A DNA stretch of 63,972 nucleotides, counting the filler, from Piptocephalis cylindrospora (lineage: Eukaryota): the NCBI GenBank assembly GCA_003614145.1. It is 17 parts of 17 records of this genome, joined end to end, with 100 filler letters (N's around TTAATTAATTAA, not from the genome) between each part and the next. Parts side by side here need not be neighbours in the genome. Positions count along the whole stretch, not along the records: positions 38,339 to 42,039 come from KZ988640.1; positions 42,140 to 45,839 come from KZ988641.1; positions 45,940 to 49,631 come from KZ988642.1; positions 49,732 to 53,417 come from KZ988643.1; 13 more parts are not named here. One strand, 5' to 3'. The notes beneath the pieces were generated by a model that worked only from the letters and a program-made list of their open reading frames with translations, had not been told where the DNA came from and searched no databases. This document shows, piece after piece, positions 38,375 through 53,517 of this stretch (its first letter is position 1; the number at the start of each line of letters is the position of its first letter). Position numbers and translations under genes: made by a program.

Positions 38375-38895
38375 GGATGAGTGGTTGAAGGGAAGGAAGA
38401 GTCTCTGGACGCACCAATCGATTGGCACACTGTGTCAGACAAGGTGATCACCCGGTCCCATCAACAGTGTCGCGATCTTTGGTATGGCCGATTAAAGGGC
38501 GTGTGTCAGCACCAGGGCTTCAAGCCCACGTTTAGCACCTCTGATGCCCAGCATCTCATCCTTGGGTAGGTCAAACGAGATGTCCAATATTTGTACCATG
38601 CTTTCCATGCCTTATGTTTCCCTTTTCTTCCCTCAATAGGATCTACGATCAGGGATGTGATCTGGAAAAGGATATTCGATGGTCTGAGGTCATGCCCAAA
38701 ACCGCTACCCAGTGGGGCTATACTCAGCTCATCCAACACTGGTATCGCTTGAGGAACAGTGTTCCTGATTGGAGGGCCAAATCTCTCGATGAAATCCTTG
38801 AATCCCTGATTAAGGAGTACGAGGAAAAGACTAATGAAGAAGGAGAAGAAGGGGAGAGTCCAGCCTTTGAGGCAGCTGTCATGGCGAGCCTTTAA
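38375..38895 (+). CDS. Myb-domain protein, Reb1/TTF1/DMTF1-like, C-terminal part
   Basis: IDWHTVSDKVITRSHQQCRDLWY Myb repeat, followed after an intron by EKDIRWSEV...HWYRLRNSVPDWRAKSLDEILESL. Confidence 0.7.
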
Positions 38896-39339
38896 AGACA
38901 ATTTGTCAATACTTGAGGAGAATAGATCAAGGGCATTAGTAATGAGCGGTTGTGACTTGGCTTGAGTCGGTTGAATTACTTAGGAATCGGCCTTCAACCC
39001 TATACTGTTAGATGAAGAGACCATGCCTACATCGATAATCATTCAGGAGGCATGAGGAATGTGTGCTGAGCCTGACCTGTATGGGGCTGGGCTGGGCGGA
39101 CACTGAGCAACACATGGAGTCAAGATGGCCTTTGAAAAAACAGGGGACCCTCATCCCCAGTCAGGGAGATGCACAGGTTGGTGATTGCCAGGAGTGCGGG
39201 GGGGAAGGCGCGAGACGCGCCATGTCCGCGTAACGCATATTTATCTGACAATGTCCCCACCCCTGCTCCCCAGCTATTGTCTCTCCTTCCTTCCACCTCA
39301 TCACTTTCCCTCCAAAACCCCATCTCATCACCCAATCTC

Positions 39340-41013
<1,674 letters not shown>

Positions 41014-41579
41014 GAAGCAAGAGGTCCTTAAGAACATGATCAACACCAGTCAAGATGGATTACTCATAGGACAGTGTAGGGCAATTCCGGATTACACGCC
41101 TATCTTTTATTTCCCTGACCTAGTGACCAACGTATACTGAAAGGAGGGATAAATTTTAACAGTTTCTCAAACATCTTATCCTGGAGAGTATGGATTACGC
41201 CATGCTATCTTTTGCATACACTCATTTATACATGGCCATTGCCACACTGAGATAAGCATTGGCGATGCCGCAGTCGCATGACCCAACCCAGACCATCATA
41301 TCCACCAACCACACATCATATCCGCTCCATTCCCCGCATCGTGACAACTCCGATCGGGCTTTGGGCTGCTGGTCGGGAACGCCGTTCTTCCTCCTACCTT
41401 CCTCTATGCAATATAAGCGTGAATGCGATGATCCCAGGCACCACCTAGCCTGGCTTCCCCATTTCTCCTCTCCTTCCTCCCCATCTCCCCCTCTATGTGA
41501 TATCCTCTTTCTCTCAATTCTTTCCTCATCTCTGCCTCCACATTACTGTAATCTACCTACGTCTTTCATATGCCTCTCT

Positions 41580-42039
41580 TTACTCGAAAGAACCGTCGAC
41601 GACAACGAACTGCGTGATATGATCGGTGGATGAAGGAAGAATGGAGGAGTTTGGATACGATTGAAGACCCGGGCCATGTTGCCATGTTCCAGGAGCCCGG
41701 TCATATCCTGTGTGATATTGAGGTGTCCTAGGAGAGCAAGGGGACGAATGATCTGGCGCATCATAATATGGAGTTTTTTCACTGGATTCCTCGATGATGC
41801 TTGTGTCCCCTCTCCTTCTCCCTTTTCGCTTCCAAGGGATAGCACGACGAGGATGATGGGATTCCACACTGTTTCTGATCGAGACCTCGGAATCAACATG
41901 TTCTCCCTTCCCTTTGGATCGATTTCGCTCCTCCTCCGTTGAGGTAGAAGTATAGTGGTAAACACTTTCTTCACCACTGCTACTTTCCCACTCTCCATCT
42001 TCGGACCCCCAGAACCTGGCCGGATTCAAGGAAGGCCGG
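41580..42039 (-). CDS. Hypothetical low-complexity protein fragment
   Basis: Open frame from the contig edge with Ser/Glu-rich composition. No recognisable domain. Confidence 0.3.
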
Positions 42040-42299
42040 NNNNNNNNNNNNNNNNNNNNNNNNNNNNNNNNNNNNNNNNNNNNTTAATTAATTAANNNNN
42101 NNNNNNNNNNNNNNNNNNNNNNNNNNNNNNNNNNNNNNNCCCCCCCCCCACCCCCGCACCTCACCCCACAAAAATTTTGGGTGAGAGAAAGCAACAGCTT
42201 TTAGAACTTTTTTTTTTTCTACAAAAAAAAAGGGGGGGGGGGGGGGGGGGGGGGGGGAGATCTTCCTAAAAGGGAGGCGTCCGCCCCATAGTTACCTAC

Positions 42300-42543
42300 C
42301 TCTTTGATAATGGCCGTAGCTTCAGAAATGGGGAAGGTGGTCTATTTCGATCGGATGGACGGATGATCAGGTCAGGAGAGTGAAAGGTAAGTGGTCTTGT
42401 GAAATAACGGTTCCTGACGCGGGTGACCCCACCCGCTATCCGTATAGACTTGCCCTCACCCTCCTTACCGAGCCATCATCTGCAGCGGACACAGCACCAG
42501 TACCCGTAATAGATTTGACTACAGGGGCAGAAGTAGACTCCAT
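42300..42543 (-). CDS. Dynein light chain Tctex-1 family, first two exons only
   Basis: MESTSAPVVKSITGTGAVSAADDGS spliced to TTFPISEATAIIKE (42341-42300) and followed by a GTAGGT donor. This matches the F...E...IIKE start of Tctex-1 domains. Confidence 0.55.
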
Positions 42544-42956
42544 TTTGACAGGAAATGGACGTACAGGTAATAGCTGAGAAGTGTCACGAGGGAAAGGGGA
42601 GAAAAGGAAACACTTGAAGCATGCGGCCCAAGTTTTGTATGAGAGTGTAAATTTCCACAGCCTCTTAAGCAGCAATGGTAGCAACAGGCCGGCATTAGAG
42701 TGATCACAACTTCCAAGGACAAGTCGAGGGGAGAGGAGTGGGGCGGTGTTTAGGATTGCTACTAGAGTCAACTTGACACTTTTCTATCTCCGCTCTACAG
42801 AACAGAGCTACAACAGCCCTAATAGTAATAATAGCAATAATATCCAACACGGCCCAGGCCCAGCAGTATGGTAGCCGCAGGCTCCTCAATGAAGCATTCG
42901 ACAACAGGTAACACGCCCAGGATAATGATCTTATTCCAAAGGCGCTTCCGCCTTCA

Positions 42957-44501
42957 TCAACATGGAGAGTGAAAGTGGGTAACGGACTTGGTGGAGGAAA
43001 ACTCATGGATGGCCTCCATACCCAAATCTCTCCCGTACCCACTACCACCTCCCGCGCCTCCAAAGGGCAGCCAGGGATAGGTGGCATTGTAACCATTAAC
43101 CCACACTGTCCCTGCACGTACAGCCCGGGTAAAGCGATGAGCTCGATCGGGATGAGGAGTCCATATCCCCGATGCAATGCATCCCCCGGTCGCATTGACT
43201 CGAGAAATGGCCTCCTCCAGGTTCGAGAACGGTTTTAGGGATGCGAGAATGGGGGCAAAGTGCTCCTTGGTAGCCAGATCATGTGTGTCAGGTATATCCA
43301 GAAGCAGGGTTGGGCTGAGGTAGTATCCAGTTTCCTGGCCCTCCTCCACTTTCCCTCCCTGCACGACCCCACCACTACGGCCTTGGTCATGGGCGTCACG
43401 CGCCATCTGGACCACGTCCTTGGCCCGTTCCAGGGCCTGAGCGGAAATCATCGGCCCCACCTGAGCATTTTTTCCCACTCCCAGCTTGGCCTGGCGAATT
43501 AGAGACTGGAGAGAAGAAAGTAAGGAATGATGAAGTCCCTCATGAACGAGGACCCGGGAAGCTGCACAGCAATTCTGGCCTGCATTGCCAAAGGCCCCAT
43601 CAAAGATTGCCTTGGCTATCTCCTCTACTCTATCTTCCATCCCTGCATCTATCACTATCGTATTTTTTCCCCCCAGCTCCAGGGTAGGTCGGATTAACCG
43701 GTCCTCCCGGGCATGACAGGCCAAAGCCACCTGCCGTCCTGATCGGGGAGACCCGGTGAAGCTGACATGCTTCACCCCAGGATGTCCTACCAGCCATTCT
43801 CCTACATTGCCTCCGCCGGGAAGAACAGAGAGTAGCCCCGGGGGGGACAGACCCGTCTCGGCGCATATCCGCCCTAGGTGCAGAGCCGTCAGAGGAGTCT
43901 CCAGGGCCGGTTTGAGTACAATAGCATTCCCGCACGCAAGTGCAGGGGCCACCTTCCATGCCGCCAACACCAAGGGATAGTTGAATGGGACAATGAGGGC
44001 ACAGACGCCTCGGGGCTCCCGAAGCACCGTCTGGGACACGAGGGGTTCCGGGGAATGGTGGGTCTCGGGCAACTGAGTAGCTACTCCTGCGTAATACCGA
44101 AATACCCGAATAGCCTCCTGGATATCCATATCCGCATCCGCCCTTGGCTTCCCCCCGTTGATTGACTCAACCTGTCCTAACAACCCTGCCTCATCAGCAA
44201 GTCTTTGGGAAATGGACCACAAAAGCTCGGACCGACGCTCCATCCCAGCACGAGGCCCCCATTGATAGATCTCAAACGCTTTTTCAGCCGTGGTTACCGC
44301 CTCATCTACCTGAGCCTTGCTCGCCGGCACCATCCTCCCAATGACCTCTCCAGTCCCAGGGGCATGGATGGGAAGTGGTTCCTCTGTGGAGGAGACAACT
44401 TTCCCTTGGATAAAGGAACCAGTCAATGGGAGGCTCCCGACTTTTGGTATCTGCCTAGAGGTTTGCAGGGCTATTCCACGAAAAAGCGTACTAGACGGCA
44501 T
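42957..44501 (-). CDS. NAD(P)-dependent aldehyde dehydrogenase (intronless, probable mitochondrial presequence)
   Basis: PFNYPL, KPALETP, FTGS, ELGGKN, catalytic GQNCCA, KEHFAP and PFGG...SGYGRDLG. Confidence 0.93.
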   Translation of the reverse strand: MPSSTLFRGIALQTSRQIPKVGSLPLTGSFIQGKVVSSTEEPLPIHAPGTGEVIGRMVPASKAQVDEAVTTAEKAFEIYQWGPRAGMERRSELLWSISQRLADEAGLLGQVESINGGKPRADADMDIQEAIRVFRYYAGVATQLPETHHSPEPLVSQTVLREPRGVCALIVPFNYPLVLAAWKVAPALACGNAIVLKPALETPLTALHLGRICAETGLSPPGLLSVLPGGGNVGEWLVGHPGVKHVSFTGSPRSGRQVALACHAREDRLIRPTLELGGKNTIVIDAGMEDRVEEIAKAIFDGAFGNAGQNCCAASRVLVHEGLHHSLLSSLQSLIRQAKLGVGKNAQVGPMISAQALERAKDVVQMARDAHDQGRSGGVVQGGKVEEGQETGYYLSPTLLLDIPDTHDLATKEHFAPILASLKPFSNLEEAISRVNATGGCIASGIWTPHPDRAHRFTRAVRAGTVWVNGYNATYPWLPFGGAGGGSGYGRDLGMEAIHEFSSTKSVTHFHSPC

Positions 44502-45527
44502 ATGATGAGGGTGATGAGAAGGGTGTGGAAGCTATAGAAATCCGTAGTCGAGGTATATGGGTTCGTTTGACACTGATCCTTTTGTAAGCTCTTTTTAGCC
44601 TGACATGAAGCGATGGGCAAGGCCAGTGGGGTCAACGTTGGGGGGGAAAGAATGTGTTGAGCAAGAGTCTGACACCTTTCGCAACTGAAAGGACCAGAGT
44701 TAGTCGTCATCTTGTCACTTGTATACGGTAGATACATGGTCTATTTCTTCTGAGTCCTCAGTAAGCCCGAGCAGAAGATATCTCACGCCTCATCTGGTAA
44801 AGTGACTGATGCTAGCATGAAATGGTCATAGCATCATCATAACAACAAAAATGGATTGGGACAAATCGGAACTGTCGTCTTTTCTTGAAAAGTATTCACG
44901 AATCAATCTCAAAAAAGACAATCCTCGGGGACCCCACATCTCAGTCATTTTCTCTCTCTGACCTCGATTTTGATTTTTAACCCTTGACTTCAAAAAAAAC
45001 TTTCACTTTTTCAGCCCACCTACCAGAGTTAGTGTCGCCGTCTGTGGGTATTTTCTTTCGCTCTGGGCGTGCATTGCAAAAAGCTATACAATATTATGAA
45101 CAACTTGACTGACACAACACGTTCTGGGAAGAACCATCGCCCCTGTGGTCGCTTCCATCCCAGTCAGCATTGCACTAGCCGACGCGTGAACCAGCTGCAG
45201 TCGATTTTTAGGCAGACCAGAGATCCTTAAGCTGGCTTGTGTGCGAAGGAAAGGTGCCATCGCACATAATGACACTCACTTCCCCACAGCCAATGGTTGA
45301 CGCGTCCCACTGAGCGTGGGGAATAAGACTTCATCCCAGCCCTTTTCCTCTTCCCACGGCCCCAATATTTCCTCAGACCCCCATCATAAGCTGCATCCCT
45401 CACTCGCTGCCGTCTACACCCACTCTCTCTTCCTCTCCTTCCTTCTCTTCTTCCCTCATACTCCAGAATCCGTCCCTTTAAGCAAAAGCCCCTACTCCCC
45501 GTCGCCACCCCCCACTCTGTCCCCAAC

Positions 45528-45839
45528 ATGACCCAGGCTACCTCATTCATCCAAGTCTCCAAGGACTCGGACTTTCCAATCCAGAACCTTCCTTATGGTA
45601 TCTTTTCCCTTGTCCATGATGTAAGTCGGCTAGGTTCTCCCTTTGAGTCCATAATGCCCTCGTACTCAAACGTCTCCCTCACCTTCCACTTCCCATACCC
45701 TTAGCCCACTCCGAGAGTCGGTGTCGCCATTGGTGATCAAATCGTGGACATGCCCGCCTTGGCCGCTACCGCCGCGTTCGGAGATGCCGTCCCCCAACTT
45801 GGCGATCGTGCCGTTCATATCTTCTCCCAGCCCTCCCTG
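45528..45839 (+). CDS. Fumarylacetoacetase, 3'-partial
   Basis: MTQATSFIQVSKDSDFPIQNLPYGIFS, intron 45621-45703, then PTPRVGVAIGDQIVD...IFSQPSL. Absent from the supplied ORF track. Confidence 0.9.
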
Positions 45840-46230
45840 NNNNNNNNNNNNNNNNNNNNNNNNNNNNNNNNNNNNNNNNNNNNTTAATTAATTAANNNNN
45901 NNNNNNNNNNNNNNNNNNNNNNNNNNNNNNNNNNNNNNNAACAATGCTCTCCGAGGAAGCAAGACAGAGGCTTTTCAAGGACTAATGGTGAAGATCCAAG
46001 CAAGGTCTGAGTGCACGCCATCTATGGCTGGGTACTCATGGAACATCATCCTGGGTTTTGTAAGGATGACAGCAGGTATCTTCATCTTGGTTCGTCCAAA
46101 TCATGCCCATTCCCAAAGGAAGGATAAACTTATGAATTGGCTCGGGAGACCATTTCGTCGTGGTCATTCATCTATGCTTCTAGATCCATTCTCATTCCAT
46201 TCCACGCGAAAAAAAAGGGGCATGCTCTAT

Positions 46231-49222
46231 TCAATAAGCCGAAGACCCAGACTCCTTCCGACCACGAGCCAGATACCCTAACTTCTCCATGACTTCCTCC
46301 AGTTTGCTGCGTCTTTCCAGAAGGTCCAACTGACGACGTATCTCGGGATTCTCTCGGGCAAAGGCGGTGAGGGAAGCCTTGTCGAGATCATAGTAGAGGC
46401 GGTCGTCGACCTCACGAGGAAACTGGAAGAAGAACTCATTGAGTAGCTCTACCTGCAGGAACATCACTGATGTGTATGTTAATTTCTCGGCCACTACGGA
46501 CAAGAAGGCCTCGGGACACATGGCTTTTCCGGAGCTGGTCCGGCATCCCTTGGATTTAAGGGCAGCCAATCGGTACCGAAGGACAAACATTCGTTGCCGA
46601 AGGGCCATGGTCTCCCGCGCCTTCTCCAAGAGGATGGGACTGTACTGAGTGGAGACAAGATCTCGCTCTTCCAAGGGTTCTTCCATCTCGACTTCTGGCT
46701 CCTCCACAGATGCATCGGAGGATGGACTGGACAGGGGCCCATTCACTTCTTCAGCTTCCTCCCGCCGCTTCTTTCGGGCAGCCATATCCCGTTCCCGGGA
46801 GAGGATGTGCTGGATCCCGGCTCGGAGCCGTCTCTTGCCCACGGAAGTCTTGATCCCTTGAAGGGCCGCCTCGCACATGGCCATCTCCCGCTCCACCAGG
46901 CTTCGGGCGCGCTTAACTCCCTCATTCCACTCGGATTCGGTGCACTCAATATCAAACTTGAAGGGCTTAATCGTGTTCTCCACCTGGTTAACCGTGACCC
47001 CGTACTTATTCCGAAGAATATCCGTAGCAAAGCTCATGACACGCTCCTGGGTGGCAGGATGCATTCCTAGGTTACCGGCCTCGGCAATCAAGTGAAGCTG
47101 CGAGTGAAGGACATCGACAATATGCTGGGTCACTGATCGGCCCACCCCGCTCTTGGTCAAGTGAGCAGAGGCTACATCCAATCGATGCTTCCACCGGCCA
47201 TTACCCGCTTCGCTCGTATCAGCCGACTTGGAGGACACTCCAAGCTTTTGGAGTTCCCCAACAGCCGGATCACTCCAATAGTACTTGGCACAAATGTCCA
47301 TGACCCTCTGTTCCAGAAGAGCCCGGACCTCGGACCGAAGCCTAGGCTTATCTAATTGACGAGTAAGTTCCTTGAAAGACTGCTTAATTTCGTCCATCGT
47401 ATCGGCCACATACGACTCGGCCGAGATGCGCCGATCATTATACTGCACCTTATACTGGTAGCGGGACTCATCTAGCTCTCCTTGGACCGCATCTACAATT
47501 CCATCCAGATTACGCCCCATATACTCTTCGAGCACCTCAGTCAACTTCCTTCGCAGAGTTCCGGTGCCAAGAGCAAGGTCTTTACGATGAAAGGCGGCGT
47601 GGCCCTGGAAGTATTGCTCTTCTCGGTCACGAGCCCGACGAACCATGGCATCGCCAGATTTGCCTCCACCCCTACCTCCCCCGGCCTTGCACACTACCCC
47701 GACATACCCGAGAAGTAGGGGATAATCGTGGTTCTCGAGGATGGAAACGGCCTGCTCCGGTGGAACTAGGTCCGTCTTGGAAATGACTCCAATAGTCCGG
47801 AGGCCCAGGGGATCGACGCGACGAGCGGCCATCAGAGCTTCCGAATTCGCCAAATCCACATCGGCAGGGCACACAGTGAGGATGATATTGGGCTCCTGGA
47901 TGTACGTTTCACAAAGAGAGGCAATACGGGACTTGAGCTCGATGGGCTGACCTCGCGTCGTCACCTGAATGTAGCCGGGGAGGTCGACTAGGGTAAGATC
48001 GGGGACATTGGGCGAATGAATCCGCAGTTCAATAGGCTTGGGGGAAATGCACTCTTCATCCGAGACTGCCATATTCATATCGCGCAGGGTGGACTGAATT
48101 TGAAGAAAGTCCCGAATCCTCCCGAGACCAAGCTGAGGAAATTCCCCGTACTCCTCAGACCCGGCTGGGGCATTGACCAGGGTGAGTTCGATGGGTCGCC
48201 GAGTTACCATATTCGTGCCCTTGGGGAGGAATTCATGCCCAACAATGGCTTCCAGAACCGAGCTCTTCCCCGAGGATTGGGAACCAATGACCACGATGGA
48301 GGGGAGACGCAGGGCCTCATTGCCTTCGATAGTCTTGAGAATGTTACGGATTTCAATGAGCTTTTTGGTCAGCATCATGAACTGGCCGCTGGGACGGATC
48401 TCCCCCATGTTGTTACCGGGAGCCAAAAGGGGATCCGTTCCCTCCTCTTCATCATCCGTGAGAACTGAGGCAGCAGCAGCGGCCGTAGCGGCAGCAGCAG
48501 CAGCAGAACCAGTGGATGGATCCTCGGGTGGGCCCTCCCCTTTCTCAGATGATGCTGTCGAGGTAGAGGAGGGGTCAGAGGACTTGGGGAAAGAAATGCT
48601 ATTCAGAGCGTCGCCCAGCTGATGGATACCGCCCTGGACTGAGGAGGACATATTATCAAGGAAGCCATCTACATCCACCTCCCCAGCCGCCTTTTCCGCG
48701 TTATCCAGGAACCCTCGAAATTTCTCAACCCCTCCACTAAGCCACTCAGGCGTCATTTCTTTGACCTTGCCCTGGAACTCTATTGGTAGGAAAAAGCATG
48801 GTATTTAGTATAACATAGGAGTGAGCTCTCATTTTAAAAGGAGTAATCTCGGGTCAACCCATACCGTTGTACTTGTAGGATGCATAACTGGCAGCTCCTG
48901 CCCCCACCCCAGCAAGGGCGACGGGGAGTCGAAGGGCATGTGCAACAAATTTTGGAGCGGCAGAAAAAGAAATGGGTCTCCGAATGGCCAAAGATCCCAT
49001 CCTAATCTGAGAGGTGTGGGGGGCCAAGTGGTGCAGGGAGCGGGATCGATTAGATAGAAGGAGGGAAGAAGGATTGGATGGGGGAAAGCGAGGAGGAAAG
49101 GTAATAGGCGAGAGTGTGCTCAATGGCCTGTTTTGAGGAATTGCTCTGGACCTATGGGTCAATAGAGCGTGCTGCCGTACGGCAGCCTGGGCTCGTGCGC
49201 GTCGAAGGAGTCGCACCAGCAT
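46231..49222 (-). CDS. MGM1: Mitochondrial dynamin-like GTPase Mgm1/Msp1 (2 exons)
   Basis: Presequence plus hydrophobic segment in exon 1, intron 48864-48780. LTKKLIEIR, GSQSSGKSSVLEAIVGHEFLPKG, DLPGYI, CPEAFL and LLNEFFFQFPRE. Confidence 0.95.
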
Positions 49223-49731
49223 GGATCGTACCGGTAGATAAGGAGGAGAAAGGATAGCGGATACGAATGGGGTCCAGCACTAAGGGAGGGACGCAATATC
49301 GAGGCTCGTTACAAAGCGGGTAGGAAGGCAGGTGGGATCCCGTGAGATCCAAGTTGATGGGGAGATAATTTGAAGGCTCAAGGGGTAGTGCCGACACGGA
49401 TTGGATGATGATTTAGTCGCTTCGGATACACTTGCTCTGGAACGGGCGGGACGACTTGCGTGAGGTGGAGCACGAAAGGTACAATGATGGGTAGAGGAAG
49501 ACCTCGAGAGGAGGAGGAGGAGGGGGGGGGGGGGGGGGGGAAAAAAAGGGGGGAAAAGGGTGGGACAAAGGAAAAATGGGGGGGGCCAGGGGGGGAAGAG
49601 GGGGGAAACCCCGACGAGATCCCCCCACACANNNNNNNNNNNNNNNNNNNNNNNNNNNNNNNNNNNNNNNNNNNNTTAATTAATTAANNNNNNNNNNNNN
49701 NNNNNNNNNNNNNNNNNNNNNNNNNNNNNNN

Positions 49732-50630
49732 TAGAGGCGGGTGAGGCGCGACCACTCAGCATTAGCCGAACAGATGTGGAAGGGGGTGGAGGAGGGATGG
49801 CCAAGTAGGAGGTGGGGAGGGAAGGGAGGCACATGGGGAGGAGAGGGATGAAGCGGGGAGAGAGAGATATAGACAGGACGGGAGAGAGGGTCTGATTTCC
49901 TATGAAAAAAGGGTACTTTACACCTTTCCAACTTTCCTTCCTCCTCTTCCTTCCTCTTCCTTTCTTCCCTTCCCCCATTCTGAAGTCCTCCTCCCTTTCT
50001 TTGATCCTTTCCCTTCCCTTTTTTCCCCCATCCTCCCAAGCCTTTTCTCCTCTTCTCCTCCTTTCCCCCACACCCTCCCTCCCCTTCACCCTCTCTGTCC
50101 CCTTCCTAGGGAAATCATTTCCAAATGTCCCCCGTATCCTCCAACCGCACGTTTATCCAGACCTTTCACTTTCGCCCGGACGGCTCCCCCAAGACCGTTC
50201 ATATCACGGGCAACTTTGACTCGTGGGGTCGGAGCGTGGTGATGAAGCCTACCACCTCTGACCCTGGTCTTTGGGAGGCTATTGTCCAGCTTCCCCTGTT
50301 AGCCTCGGGCCAAATCCAGTACAAATATGTCCTGGACGGTCAGAACTGGGTGTGCGACGACCATGCCGATAAGTTTACTCTGCCCTCCGGTATCACCAAT
50401 AACTGTCTACCTGTCCCCAAGGACGCCGTCAACTACTCCTGGAGTCAAGCCTCCACCGCAACCTTCCAAGGTGACATCCAGAGTCCGGGCCTGGGCACTG
50501 GTAAGAACAAGAGGAAGAACCGAAGAAAGTCCAAGAAGACCCTGGCTGCCGGGTCCGAGGGCAAATCCTCCAGTGATGCCGGCTCCCGCTCCTCCCCCTC
50601 CTCTAATGGTTCCCCCACCCCTCCCCCTCT
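49732..50630. repeat. 899-bp inverted repeat of 52519-53417 (contains a truncated copy of the CBM48 gene)
   Basis: The two contig ends are reverse complements. Identical ORFs occur at mirrored coordinates (50125+ and 53024-). Confidence 0.95.
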
Positions 50631-51444
50631 TCCACGCACAGGGCATACTTCATTGTCCTACTACCCCGCGGCATCAAGCAAGCCGACTTGTGTGTGCAGT
50701 CTCACCAACCTCCCAAGAGTCTCTAGCTACTTACTAGCACAGCTTCTGATGCCAGATCATCACACGAGCAGCCTCTAGCTTTCACGTGCTTGGACGCACG
50801 TTCGCACATTGTTGTTATGGGGGCAATTAGGCCCGCACATCGGAAGAGCGAGCTCTCCCGGAGGGTTATTATAGTGTGAAGATGGGTATGGGTATGAGGT
50901 GTGTAGGTGTGCAAGAAAGTACAGGATGGCTTAAAACCGCGTACAGGATATGATCTGAGCCAGGAGCGCTCCGACCACAGGACACATGCTTGAGAAAGCC
51001 TATTTTAGAGACGTGCCGGTCAGGGACAGATCTGGGAAAGTATTTAAGGCGGTCAAGCAAAGAAGAGCACACCCACTCTGGAACTCGTCCTTCCGTTTCT
51101 CTCTTCCTTTTCTCATCTTTGATCATCCCTTGGTTCTCGTTTCTGTTCAATTCTCGACTTATCTAGCTGAATCATTTAGGTTGCCACAGCTATCATTCAT
51201 GCTCCATTGCCTCTTGTTTAGACACATGTAAGCTGCTTGGTATGGAGATGGGTGTCATGGGGTAGACATTTGGCCTGATAGCCTCGAGAATCCACCCTAT
51301 TTCCTTTTCCATAGAATCATACAGTTCGGAAAAAAAGAACCGGACAAGTCACCATCTATAAAATTATAACAATGGTGTGGAATACGCGCCCCCTCTCCCG
51401 CCCCCTCTCCCCGTTTCCATCCGCCATAACGATGGGCAGGGATC

Positions 51445-53024
51445 CTAGGGGTTGTTGAAGATCTTCTTGAGCTTCCCAAAGATACCCTTCTTCTTCTTGG
51501 TCGGTGAATCTGCCGAGCCAGGGGCAGAGTCTCCTGATACGGGAGGGGAGGATTTGCCCTTCTTGCTCGATTTCTTTCCAGACTTGGTTTCAGGAGTCTA
51601 AAGGGGAGGAAGAAAGGATAAGTAAGTATGAGGAAGAGAGAGACAGGTAGGCAAAAGAAAACCTGATGTACCTTGGCAGGGGACGCAGCAGGAGCAGGGG
51701 CAGCGGCAGCGGGCTCAGTAGCCTGGGTAAGGGTAGTGGCCTGAGTAGAAGCAGGAGCCTTGGCAGCTTCAGCAGCTTGGGCAGGAGCAGGAGCAGCGGC
51801 CTTGACAGGTTCAGCAGCTTGGACAGGAGCAAGCTCAGCAGTCTTGGCAGCTTCAGCAGTTTGGACAGGAGCAGGAGCAGCGGCCTTGACAGGCTCAGCG
51901 ACCTGGGGAGGAGCAGCGGCCTGATCAGCAGCAGGAGCAAGAACCTGAGGAGGAGTAACCGCAGAGATGGTCTCGACCTGCTTGGGAGTGGAAGTAGGTT
52001 CGATGGTCCCGGTAGGTGCAGTGGCCCGGCTGTTGGCCAGTACCGTGAATTCATCCTTTTGCGTCTCCTCGGCCAGATCAGGAGCAACAGCCTCCATCTT
52101 GGGCTCAGCGGATGCGTTGGCAACCTGGGTAGTACTACTGGAAGCCTTGGGGAGGAAGTCTTCGGCGGCAGTGTGATCCACGGTCCTGGGGACAATTTCC
52201 TCGGTCTTGGGGACAGTCTCCTTAACTTCCTCCACCACATCCTTCTTGGCAGCTACGGTCTCTCCCTGAATGGCAGGGGGAGTCTCAATCTTCTCCACAC
52301 GAGAGGGGGTAGGGGTGGCATCGGAGGTATTCAGGGGCCCAGTGGCGAGAGCGCTTGCAGCCCCAGCAGCTCCGACGGCTCCGACGGCTCCAGCAGCAAG
52401 TGCTGCGTTATCCCTAGACTCGGGAACCTTACTCTGGGAGGGGAGGACACCATCAATGATGGGCTCATTGCCCTTTGCCGTAGAGGGGGCGACCGCAGCA
52501 TTATCTTGGGCAAGGGTGAGAGGGGGAGGGGTGGGGGAACCATTAGAGGAGGGGGAGGAGCGGGAGCCGGCATCACTGGAGGATTTGCCCTCGGACCCGG
52601 CAGCCAGGGTCTTCTTGGACTTTCTTCGGTTCTTCCTCTTGTTCTTACCAGTGCCCAGGCCCGGACTCTGGATGTCACCTTGGAAGGTTGCGGTGGAGGC
52701 TTGACTCCAGGAGTAGTTGACGGCGTCCTTGGGGACAGGTAGACAGTTATTGGTGATACCGGAGGGCAGAGTAAACTTATCGGCATGGTCGTCGCACACC
52801 CAGTTCTGACCGTCCAGGACATATTTGTACTGGATTTGGCCCGAGGCTAACAGGGGAAGCTGGACAATAGCCTCCCAAAGACCAGGGTCAGAGGTGGTAG
52901 GCTTCATCACCACGCTCCGACCCCACGAGTCAAAGTTGCCCGTGATATGAACGGTCTTGGGGGAGCCGTCCGGGCGAAAGTGAAAGGTCTGGATAAACGT
53001 GCGGTTGGAGGATACGGGGGACAT
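51445..53024 (-). CDS. Glycogen-binding (AMPK-beta CBM48-like) domain protein, Crp1/Mdg1-like (2 exons)
   Basis: VHITGNFDSW...IQYKYVLDGQNW...NN domain, then Ala/Pro-rich repeats. After the intron (about 51671-51598) comes the tail KKKKGIFGKLKKIFNNP-stop. Confidence 0.8.
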
Positions 53025-53517
53025 TTGGAAATGATTTCCCTAGGAAGGGGACAGAGAGGGTGAAGGGGAGGGAGGGTGTGGGGGAAAGGAGGAGAAGAGG
53101 AGAAAAGGCTTGGGAGGATGGGGGAAAAAAGGGAAGGGAAAGGATCAAAGAAAGGGAGGAGGACTTCAGAATGGGGGAAGGGAAGAAAGGAAGAGGAAGG
53201 AAGAGGAGGAAGGAAAGTTGGAAAGGTGTAAAGTACCCTTTTTTCATAGGAAATCAGACCCTCTCTCCCGTCCTGTCTATATCTCTCTCTCCCCGCTTCA
53301 TCCCTCTCCTCCCCATGTGCCTCCCTTCCCTCCCCACCTCCTACTTGGCCATCCCTCCTCCACCCCCTTCCACATCTGTTCGGCTAATGCTGAGTGGTCG
53401 CGCCTCACCCGCCTCTANNNNNNNNNNNNNNNNNNNNNNNNNNNNNNNNNNNNNNNNNNNNTTAATTAATTAANNNNNNNNNNNNNNNNNNNNNNNNNNN
53501 NNNNNNNNNNNNNNNNN

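Noticed and set aside
51760..51915. Degenerate tandem repeats of about 33-36 bp
   Set aside because: They are coding repeats (AAPAPVQAAEPVK-like) within the low-complexity linker of the CBM48 protein.
49732..53417. Contig with 899-bp terminal inverted repeats resembling a TIR transposon or linear plasmid
   Set aside because: The arms are the promoter and 5' part of an ordinary CBM48 gene. One copy breaks off mid-gene and there is no transposase or polymerase. This fits an amplification inversion chimera.
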